DNA of 32,000 nt from Candidatus Saccharimonadota bacterium (GTDB taxonomy: Bacteria > Pseudomonadota > Gammaproteobacteria > Enterobacterales > Enterobacteriaceae). The position numbers and the translations under genes are program-made. Within the stretch, counting starts at the first letter, position 1. Each line of letters begins with the position of its first letter. Of the stretch, positions 12,308 to 20,661 are shown one piece after another. The stretch is from NCBI GenBank assembly GCA_036689225.1, contig CP144768.1:236408-268407 (forward strand), in the 5' to 3' direction. Under the pieces are notes generated by a model. That model saw only the letters and a program-made list of their open reading frames with translations. It was not told the DNA's origin and made no database searches.

Positions 12308-12381
12308 TCGGCGAGAGAGGATTTGAACCTCTGACCCACTAGTCCCAAACCAGTTGCGCTACCAAACTACGCCACTCACCG
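12308..12381 (-). tRNA. tRNA-Pro (anticodon UGG)
   Basis: The reverse complement is CGGTGAG-TG-GCGT-AGTTTGGTA-GCGC-A-ACTGG-TTTGGGA-CTAGT-GGGTC-AGAGG-TTCAAAT-CCTCT-CTCGCCG-A. It folds as a full cloverleaf, 74 nt, with no encoded CCA. Confidence 0.9.
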
Positions 12382-12386
12382 ATAAA

Positions 12387-12460
12387 GGTGGTTAATGGGA
12401 TTCGAACCCATGACATCTAGAACCACAATCTAGAGCTCTACCTACTGAGCTATAACCACC
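12387..12460 (-). tRNA. tRNA-His (anticodon GUG) with genomically encoded G-1
   Basis: The reverse complement is G-GTGGTTA-TA-GCTC-AGTAGGTA-GAGC-T-CTAGA-TTGTGGT-TCTAG-ATGTC-ATGGG-TTCGAAT-CCCAT-TAACCAC-C. The extra 5' G pairs with discriminator C, the bacterial tRNA-His signature. Confidence 0.9.
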
Positions 12461-12502
12461 ATAATTAATTATATATATTATAACAAAATTTTAAAATTAT
12501 TA

Positions 12503-13762
12503 TTAATATCTTTTCATCATATTAAAAAATTCATCATTTGTTTTAGTCATAGATAATTTTTTAATTAAAAATTCCATAGCATCAATTTCACTCATAGGTT
12601 GAATAATTCTTCTTAATATTCAAATTTTTTGTAACTCATTAAAAGAAGTTAATAATTCTTCTTTACGTGTTCCAGATCTATTATAATCTATAGCAGGAAA
12701 AACTCTTTTTTCTGCTATTTTTCTAGATAAATGTAATTCCATATTACCAGTACCTTTAAATTCCTCATATATTACTTCATCCATTTTAGAACCAGTATCT
12801 ATTAAAGCAGTTGCTATTATAGTTAAACTACCTCCTTCTTCAACATTTCTAGCAGCACCAAAAAATCTTTTAGGTCTATGTAAAGCATTTGAATCTATTC
12901 CTCCAGTTAAAACTTTTCCAGAAGAAGGAACAACAGTATTATATGCTCTTGCTAATCTAGTAATAGAATCTAATAATATAATAACATCTTTTTTATGTTC
13001 AACTAATCTTTTTGCTTTTTCAATAACCATTTCAGATACTTGTATATGTCTTAAAGCAGGTTCATCAAAAGTTGAAGCAATAACTTCTCCTTTAACTAAT
13101 CTATACATTTCAGTTACTTCTTCAGGTCTTTCATCAATTAATAAAACAATTAATACACAATCAGGATAATTTAAACTAATACTTTTAGCAATATTTTGTA
13201 ATAAAATAGTTTTTCCAGCTTTAGGTGGAGCAACTATTAATCCTCTTTGACCTCTTCCTATAGGAGAAGCTAAATCTAATACACGAGAAGTAATATCTTC
13301 TTTAGAACCATTACCAATTTCCATATATAAACGACAATTTGTATGTAAAGGAGTTAAATTTTCAAACAAAATTTTATTTTTTATATTATCAGGTTTATCA
13401 TAATTAATAGTACTAATTTTTAATAAAGCAAAATAACGTTCTGTTTCTTTAGGAGGACGAATTTTACCAGAAATAGTATCACCAGTTCTTAAATTAAATC
13501 TACGTATTTGACTAGGAGATACATAAATATCATCAGGACCTGCTAAATAAGAACTATCACAAGATCTTAAAAATCCAAAACCATCTTGTAAAATTTCTAA
13601 AACACCATTACCAAAAATATCTTCTCCACTTTTACAATGTTGTTTTAATATAGAAAAAATAATATCCTGTTTACGCATTCTAATTAAATTCTCTAATCCA
13701 TTTTTTTTACCAAGAATAATTAATTTAGAAACTGACATATTTTTTAATCGTGTAAGATTCAT
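12503..13762 (-). CDS. rho: Transcription termination factor Rho
   Basis: Track ORF 12620..13762 is highly conserved ([42 protein letters not shown]). It ends at TGA (12620-12622). With TGA=Trp it continues [39 protein letters not shown], collinear with the E. coli Rho C-terminus, to TAA at 12503-12505. Length is 419 aa. Confidence 0.97.
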
Positions 13763-13801
13763 AATAACATAATAATTAAATATTAATTAAAAAATAAATT
13801 A

Positions 13802-14128
13802 CTAAATATATAAATTTAAAAATTTTATTAATTGATTTTCAGTTAAATAACCTATTTTACTAGATAATAAAATACCTTTATTGAATAATATAATTGTAGG
13901 AACACTAATAATATTATATTTTTTTATTATAATATTAGATTCATTTACATTTAATTTAACAAATTTAATTTTATTAATATAATTTTTATAAATATTTTTT
14001 AATAAAGAAATTAATAACTTACATGGTCCACATCATTGAGATCAAAAAATAACTAAAACATAATTATTATTTAATAATACTTCATTATTAAATAAATTAT
14101 CATTAATATTTATAATTTTAATATTCAT
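13802..14128 (-). CDS. trxA: Thioredoxin
   Basis: This gene is absent from the ORF track. From ATG 14126-14128 I read MNIKIININDNLFNNEVLLNNNYVLVIFWSQWCGPCKLLISLL...ISVPTIILFNKG...; the stop is TAG at 13802-13804, giving 108 aa. Both Trp of the FWxxWCGPC active site are TGA (14042-14044 and 14033-14035). The trxA-upstream-of-rho order is conserved. Confidence 0.92.
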
Positions 14129-14583
14129 AAAACCTCTATAATAAAATAATAATAATAAAATACATTTTACTACATTTTAAATTAAAAACATAAATAATAA
14201 TATATAAAATATAATACTATTATTATATATATAAATATATATTTATATATATATTAACATAAACAATAAATAATTAAATTATTTTAAAAAAAAAATTAAA
14301 TATTTAATATATTTAAAAAATAAAAAATAAAATATATAATAAATAAATTTTTATAAACAAAATAATAAAATTTCAATAAAAAATTTAAAATTATTTTTTT
14401 TAATATATTTAAAAATTAAAATAAAAATATAAATATTTAATAAATATAATAAATATTATTATATAATATTAATTTATATATATATATATATTAATTAAAA
14501 ATAATTATAAAAACCATTATTGATTAATAATATTTAATTTTATTATAATAATATAATTATTAATATAATTAAATTATAAAAAA

Positions 14584-14898
14584 ATGATAATATCAAGTAA
14601 ATTTAATATAGGACAACAAGTAAGACATAAATTATTAGGATTTTTAGGAGTAATAATAGATATAGATGCAAAATATTCTTTAAATAATAATAAAAAAAAT
14701 AAAAAAATATATAAAAATAAAAAAATAAAAAAATCTCCATGATATCATGTTATTATAGAAGATAATAATGGATATCCTATTCATATATATTTAGAAGAAC
14801 ATCATTTAATATTAGAATATGAAAAAAATCATCCTAATCAATCTTCTTTAGATAAACTTTCAAAAACAATAAAAAAAAAATTTAAAAAAAAAAATTAA
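14584..14898 (+). CDS. hspQ: Heat shock protein HspQ (YccV / hemimethylated-DNA-binding family)
   Basis: This gene is absent from the ORF track because of an internal TGA. I read [33 protein letters not shown]...[52 protein letters not shown], collinear over its whole length with E. coli HspQ as I recall it ([28 protein letters not shown]...[22 protein letters not shown]...HPEQPSMDELAQTIRKQ). Length is 104 aa. The TAA stop overlaps the acpS ATG as TAATG. Confidence 0.85.
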
Positions 14899-15275
14899 TG
14901 AAAATATTAGGAATAGGTATAGATATAATAAATATTAAAAGAATAAAAAAAATTTATAATAGTAAAAAATTTTTTTATAAAAAAATATTAACAAAAAAAG
15001 AATTATTAGAATATAAAAAAAAAAAAAATAAAATTCAATATTTAGCAAAAAAATTTGTATCAAAAGAAGCAGCATGTAAAGCGTTAGGAATAGGAATGAA
15101 AAATGGAATAAATTTTAAAAATTTTGAAATATATCATAATAAATTAGGTAAACCAAAAATAAAATTTCTTAAAAAAGCATTAAAAATATTTAAAAAAAAA
15201 AATGCTAATAAAACATTCATTAGTATTTCAGATGAAAAAAAATATGCACAATGTATAGTAATAATTAGTACTTAA
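14898..15275 (+). CDS. acpS: Holo-[acyl-carrier-protein] synthase
   Basis: [16 protein letters not shown]...LAKKFVSKEAACKALGIG...FEIYHNKLGKPKIKF...ISISDEKKYAQCIVII is collinear with AcpS (GxDIVEIxRI, AKRFAxKEAxxKA, GKP, SLSHE-like). Confidence 0.9.
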   Translation: MKILGIGIDIINIKRIKKIYNSKKFFYKKILTKKELLEYKKKKNKIQYLAKKFVSKEAACKALGIGMKNGINFKNFEIYHNKLGKPKIKFLKKALKIFKKKNANKTFISISDEKKYAQCIVIIST

Positions 15276-15303
15276 TAAATTAAAAAAAATTTAATTATAA
15301 AAA

Positions 15304-15603
15304 ATGAAAAATATAGAATTAAAAGTAAAATACAGAAAAAAAAAAGGATCACAATATAATAAAAAAATAAGAAAAAAAAATTTAATACCAGGAATAATAT
15401 ATGGAAAAAATAAAAATAATATATTAATAAAAATTAATCATAATAATATATATAATAAAATATTTAAAAATCAAAATAAAAAAGAAATTATATTTAATAT
15501 AAAAATAAAAAAAAAAATAATAAAAACTAAAATAAAAAATATACAAAAACATCCATATAAAAATAAAATATTACATATAGATTTTATATATTATAAAATA
15601 TAA
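15304..15603 (+). CDS. rplY: 50S ribosomal protein L25
   Basis: ...RKKKGSQYNKKIRKKNLIPGIIYGKNKN...IQKHPYKNKILHIDFI matches short-form L25 (RxxGxxPAIIYG ... VQRHPYKPKLxHIDF). Length is 99 aa. Confidence 0.85.
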   Translation: MKNIELKVKYRKKKGSQYNKKIRKKNLIPGIIYGKNKNNILIKINHNNIYNKIFKNQNKKEIIFNIKIKKKIIKTKIKNIQKHPYKNKILHIDFIYYKI

Positions 15604-15675
15604 TGAGTCGTACAGGATTTGAACCTGTGACCAATTGATTAAAAGTCAACTGCTCTACCACTGAGCTAACGACCC
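15604..15675 (-). tRNA. tRNA-Lys (anticodon UUU)
   Basis: The reverse complement is GGGTCGT-TA-GCTC-AGTGGTA-GAGC-A-GTTGA-CTTTTAA-TCAAT-TGGTC-ACAGG-TTCAAAT-CCTGT-ACGACTC-A, 72 nt. Its 3' end abuts the rplY stop codon on the opposite strand. Confidence 0.9.
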
Positions 15676-15768
15676 ATAAAATATAAATTATAAATATTTT
15701 ATTATAACTTATTATTTAAAATATTAAAATATTAATTTTAATATTTTATAAAAAATAAAATTATAATT

Positions 15769-17070
15769 ATGATTAATATAATTAATGAAAAAATAAATAA
15801 TTTATCTAAAAAATATAAAAAATTTTTAATTGCATATAGTGGAGGTATAGATTCAACAACTTTATTATATAGTTTAATAAAAAACAAAAACATAAAAAAT
15901 AAAAATATTAGAGCAATACACATAAATCATAATTTATCAAAAAAATCAAAAAAATGAGAAAATAAATGTATTTATATATGTAAAAAATGAAAAATAAAAT
16001 TAATTATAAAAAATATATTTATTAAAAAAAAAAATAATATAGAAAATAAATGTAGAAAAAAAAGATATAAAATTTTTATTAAAAAATTAATTCATTCTGA
16101 AATTTTATTAACTGCACATCATAAAAATGATCAATGTGAAACAATATTATTATCTATAAAACGTGGATGTGGATTAGATGGATTATCAGGAATAAAAAAA
16201 AAATATAAAATAAATAAAAAAACAATTTTTAGACCTTTTTTAAATATAAAAAAAAAAATAATAATAAAATATGCTAAAAATAATAATTTAAATTGAATTG
16301 AAGATAAAAGTAACAAAAATATAAAATTTGATAGAAATTTTATTAGAATAAAAATAATACCAAAAATAATTAAAAAATGACCTTATTTTATAAATTGTAT
16401 AACAAGAACAGCAAAAATATGTTTAAAACAAAAATTATTATTAGAATATTTTATTAAAAAAAAAATAAAAAAAATATTAATAAAAAACAATATAATAAAT
16501 ATAAAATATTTATATAAATGAAAAAAAGAAGAATGAATTTTAATATTAAGAAAATGAATTAAATTAAATAAAAAAAAAACATTATCTTATAAAAATATAA
16601 ATATATTATGAAATAATATATTCAAAAAAAAAAAAAAAATATATTTTCAACTAATGTTTAAAAAATTTATTATATATAAATATAAAAATTATTTATTTAT
16701 AGAAAAAAAATATAAAGAAAAAAATAATACTATAATATGAAAAAATACAAATAAAAAAATTAAATTATTTAATAATATAGGTTATTTATCAATTAATAAA
16801 AAAATAAAAAATAAAAATAACTTAGTTAGAAAACCATATAAAAATGAAATAATATATATAAAATTTAATTATAAAGGATATATAAATATATTAAATAAAA
16901 AAATAAAAATTAAAAAAATATGACAAAAATATAAAATATATCCTTGAAAAAGAAAAATAATACCAATTATTTTTTATAATAAAAAACCTATAATATGTCC
17001 TAATTTATTTAGAACAAAATATGCAAAATCAAAAAATAATAAATATTGAAATATAAATTTAATTAAATAA
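15769..17070 (+). CDS. tilS: tRNA(Ile)-lysidine synthase
   Basis: Track ORF 15769..15957 carries the PP-loop (LIAYSGGIDSTTLL). Hand translation past the TGA codons gives ...LLTAHHKNDQCETILLSIKRGCGLDGLSGIKK...FRPFLNIKKKIIIKYAKNNNLNWIEDKSN, which are TilS motifs. The frame is confirmed at the 3' end to TAA at 17068-17070, giving 433 aa. Confidence 0.88.
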
Positions 17071-18760
17071 TTTTATTATATTTTAATAATAAAAAATCAA
17101 ATATATTATATATATTAATATATTTAATATTATTATTTAGTCTATCTCTAAATTCTAATAAATTTAAAGACAATAATTTATTACTTATTAATAAAATATT
17201 AGGTATTCCAATAATTTCAAAATCAGTTAACATTTCTCCAATAAATAATTTTCTATCATCTAATAATACATTAATTTTATTAAATATTAAAAAATTATAA
17301 ATTTTAAAAGATATTTTATATACATTAGTATTATTATACATATTTATTGGTACAATACCTATTTTAAAATGAGATATAGATAAAGGTAATATTATATTAC
17401 CATTACTATTATATTTATCTATTATACTAAAAATTAATCTAGTTATTCCAATACCATAACATCCCATATATATTTTATTTTTTAAAAAAAAATTTTTATT
17501 AAAAAAAATATTAGGATAATAATCCATTAATTTAAATGTATGAGCTAATTCTATAGAATTATATTTTTTTTTTTTTTTTTTAAATTTATTTTTTTTTATA
17601 AAAATAAAAATATTTTTACATATATCATAAAATCCACTTACATTTATATTTTTATAAAAATTAACATTATAATATAAATTATAATTTATATTTGACCCAA
17701 AAATAAAATTTTTTCAATTTAATAAAGAATAATCAGCAATAATTTGATAAAAATATCCAAATGGACATAAAAAAATACTATTTATATTAAATTTTTTCAT
17801 TATATATTTTTCACTTAAAATTTTTATATTCATAAAAAAAGGAAAAATTTTATATAATTTATTTAAATCTATATTTTTTTTATAAGGAACTAAAATAAAC
17901 ATAAAAGTATTATAATTTTTTGTATATATTTTTATTAATATAGTTTTAATAAAATAATTAATATTTATAATATTTTCTATATTATATTTTAATAAATATT
18001 TATAAATATTAATTAATTTTATTTTTTTAAAAATAAATTTTATTTTTTTTTTTTTATTTAAAAAACAATTAAAAATATTATCAATATATTTATAATAAAA
18101 AATTTTATTATCTCCATAAATAGAATTTATATGAAATTCATGAGATATTTTTCCACATATATTACCACATTTAGCTTCTTTATAAAAAAAATCTAAACCA
18201 ATATCAAAAAATATATTTTTATATATTAATAAAATATTTTCATAAAAATTATTTAAACATTTTATAGAATTATGAAAAGAATAAGCTTCTTTCATTATAA
18301 ATTCTAACGATCTTAAAATATTATATCTAGGCCTAATTTCATCTCTAAATTTAGTTTGTATTTGATAAAAAAATTTAGGATATAAATTATTTTTTATTTC
18401 ACTACAAACTATATTCGTAATAATTTCTTCATTAGTAGGAGATAAAATAAAAGATTTATTATATCTATTATAAATTTTAAATAATTCTTTACCATATAAA
18501 TTATATCTATTACTTTTTTTTAACAAAATAGAATTTTGTAATATAGGAATATATATTTCTATACCATCTATTTTATTCATATAATTCTTTATAATTTTAT
18601 TTATATTATTAATTACTTTTAAACCATTTGGTAATCATATATATATACCAGAAGATAATTTCTTAATTAAACCTCCTTTAATCATTAAATTATATATTTT
18701 ATTCTTATTTTCATTATAATTATTTTTTTTAGTAAATAAAAAATATTTTTTTGTTCTCAT
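17063..18760 (-). CDS. proS: Prolyl-tRNA synthetase
   Basis: From ATG 18758-18760 I read MRTKKYFLFTKK...LMIKGGLIKKLSSGIYIWLPNGLKVINNINKIIKNYM, collinear with the E. coli ProRS N-terminus. Track ORFs 17714..18580 and 17063..17527 are in the same frame. I translated the joining segment 17528..17713 by hand and found no TAA or TAG; it contains IELAHTFKL. Length is 565 aa and the stop is TAA at 17063-17065. Confidence 0.9.
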
Positions 18761-18785
18761 ATTTAAAATTTTAAATATTAAATTT

Positions 18786-19142
18786 TTATATTTTTTTTAT
18801 ACAAATCATTTTACCTAAATAACATCCACCTAAAATATGTAAATGTAAATAATCAATTTCCTGACCTGAATTTTTATTACAATTAATAATAATTCTATAT
18901 CCACTTTTATTAATATTATTTTTTTTAGCTAACTTAGAAGCTACAAATAACATTCTTCCTAATATAAATATATTATCTTTAATAACATAATTTAAATTTT
19001 TTATATATACATTAGGAATAATTATAATATGAATAGGACATTTAGGATTTATATCATTAAAAGCAGTAACATAATTATCTTTATATAAAATTTTTACTTT
19101 TATTTCATTATTAATAATTTTATTAAAAATATTATTTTTCAT
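18786..19142 (-). CDS. hinT: HIT-family purine nucleoside phosphoramidase
   Basis: The 118 aa protein is collinear with E. coli HinT: IFNKIINNEI...YKDNYVTAFNDINPKCPIHIIIIP...GYRIIINCNKNSGQEIDYLHLHILGG (histidine triad HxHxHxxGG). AAGGAA lies upstream of the ATG. Confidence 0.85.
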   Translation of the reverse strand: MKNNIFNKIINNEIKVKILYKDNYVTAFNDINPKCPIHIIIIPNVYIKNLNYVIKDNIFILGRMLFVASKLAKKNNINKSGYRIIINCNKNSGQEIDYLHLHILGGCYLGKMICIKKI

Positions 19143-19300
19143 TTTTTTCCTTTAAAATATAAATAAATATTTAATTTATTAATTTAATAAAATTAATTTT
19201 AAATAATTATAATAAAATAAATATTATTTATTGATATATATCAATTAATTTTATATTATATAATATAGTTTTAAATAAAAATATATATTTTATAATATAA

Positions 19301-19373
19301 AGGTCTATAGCTCAGCGGTTAGAGCACACCCCTGATAAGGGTGAGGTCAGTGGTTCAAATCCTCTTAGACCTA
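19301..19373 (+). tRNA. tRNA-Ile (anticodon GAU)
   Basis: AGGTCTA-TA-GCTC-AGCGGTTA-GAGC-A-CACCC-CTGATAA-GGGTG-AGGTC-AGTGG-TTCAAAT-CCTCT-TAGACCT-A, 73 nt, with one U-U mismatch in the T stem. Confidence 0.9.
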
Positions 19374-19375
19374 TT

Positions 19376-19448
19376 GGGGGTATAGTTTAATCTGGTAGAA
19401 CAATGGTCTCCAAAATCATAGGTTAGGGTTCAAATCCTTCTACCCCTG
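19376..19448 (+). tRNA. tRNA-Trp (anticodon CCA)
   Basis: GGGGGTA-TA-GTTT-AATCTGGTA-GAAC-A-ATGGT-CTCCAAA-ATCAT-AGGT-TAGGG-TTCAAAT-CCTTC-TACCCCT-G. The anticodon C34 C35 A36 is at 19410-19412. The anticodon loop is identical to that of E. coli tRNA-Trp. It starts 2 nt after tRNA-Ile. Confidence 0.88.
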
Positions 19449-19483
19449 TAATATTTTAAAATAATTAATTATATATAAATAAT

Positions 19484-19726
19484 ATGAAAAAAAAATTTAA
19501 TCTTTTTAAAAAAATTACAAAATATATAAATAAAAAAATTAATATATTATTAAATAAACATAATGGTAAATTAAAATTAATAAATGTAGATAAAAATAAT
19601 AATATTTTATTAAAATTTAAAGGAAATTGTAAAACATGTAATTTTAAAAAAAATACATTTATTAATTTAATAATTATTAAACTAAAAAATAATTTTCCTA
19701 TTATTAATAATATAAATTATACATAA
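19484..19726 (+). CDS. Stand-alone Nfu/NifU C-terminal-domain Fe-S cluster carrier
   Basis: In this 80 aa protein, INILLNKHNGKLKLINVDKNNNILLKFKGNCKTCNFKKNTFINLIIIKLKNNFP aligns with the Nfu domain (HGGxVxLxxxxxxxVxxxFxGxCxGCxxxxxTLKxGIExxLxxxFPE), including the CxxC pair. Confidence 0.65.
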   Translation: MKKKFNLFKKITKYINKKINILLNKHNGKLKLINVDKNNNILLKFKGNCKTCNFKKNTFINLIIIKLKNNFPIINNINYT

Positions 19727-19729
19727 ATA

Positions 19730-20287
19730 TTATTTATATCTTGATATATAAAATCTATATTTTGTATTTATTTTAATTAAATCACCACAATTAATAAAAT
19801 TAGGTACTTTTATTTTTAAACCTGTACTTAATATAGCTATATTATTTTTAGATCTTTTTTTTTCTTTATTATTAGTAATATAAATAACTTTTATATAAAT
19901 ATATTTTGGAATATTTATTGATATAGGTATTTTATTTCAAAAAATAATATCATATATATTATTAACATATATTCAATATTTATATTTTAAAATAATATTT
20001 TTATTTAAAATTATTTCATTATAATTATTATTATTAATAAAAAATCAATTATTTTTAAATTCATAAATATAAACATATTTATCTATAAATATATTAGCTT
20101 TTTTTATATTATTAAATGATTTAAAATTTTTATCAATTAATTTATTATTTATTAAATTTCTTATTTTAGTTCTTATAAAAGAATTTCCTTTTCCAGGATT
20201 AATAAAATCTAAAAATTCTATTTTATAAGGTTCATTTAAATAAATTATATTATTTCCTAAAAAAAAAATACTTTTAATATTAATCAT
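19730..20287 (-). CDS. efp: Elongation factor P
   Basis: Track ORF 20045..20287 (...GNNIIYLNEPYKIEFLDFINPGKGNSFIRTKIRNL...) is the EF-P N-terminus with the KPGKG loop. It ends at TGA. With TGA=Trp it continues to TAA at 19730-19732, ending ...CGDLIKINTKYRFYISRYK (compare GExIKVDTRxGEYVxRVK). Length is 185 aa. Confidence 0.9.
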
Positions 20288-20661
20288 ATAATAATTTACA
20301 ATTTTAAATTTTAAAATAATAAAATAAATTATACAATATTTAAATTTATATTAAAATATTATTATTAATTTAAAATATAAAATAATTTAAAAAAATATAA
20401 AAATAATATAAAATATAATTGTTTAATAATAAATATATAAAAATATTAAACTAAATAATAAATAATATAAATATATAATAAATAAATAAAATATAATTTT
20501 AATATAAAAAAATATTTATTTATTTTTAAAAAAAATATTTAATAATATATAATAAAAATATATTAAATAAAAAATTTTTTATAAAATAATTAAAAATAAA
20601 AATTATAAATTTAATAAATACTACAAAAATATAAAAATCAATATTTTAATTAAAAAATAAA

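Noticed and set aside
14475-14491. A (TA)8 microsatellite and other local A/T repeats, considered as possible CRISPR or tandem-repeat arrays.
   Set aside because: There is no repeat-spacer periodicity, no conserved repeat unit of 20 nt or more, and no cas genes. This is simple low-complexity sequence expected from the base composition.
14129-14583. Calling oriC from DnaA boxes in the long A/T spacers (also 20288..20661 and 31694..32000).
   Set aside because: I found no match to TTATCCACA or its complement. Near-matches such as TTATAAACA are expected by chance at this composition. An origin cannot be called without whole-genome skew data.
15738-16316. Minus-strand ORFs 15738..15923 and 16131..16316.
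   Set aside because: They lie antisense to the well-supported tilS frame, encode low-complexity F/I/L/K-rich peptides and resemble no known family. ORFs like these are expected by chance in about 13% GC DNA.
3461-18580. Fragmented ORFs could be read as pseudogenes or split genes. Examples are uppS 3461..3652; rpoD in three pieces at 4487..5980; cca in three pieces at 9221..10321; the metG fragment 11689..12126; and proS in two pieces at 17063..18580. mnmG 29822..31693, also in two pieces, lies outside this span.
   Set aside because: All pieces of each gene are in a single frame and are separated only by TGA codons that align with conserved Trp residues. They are intact genes under translation table 4.
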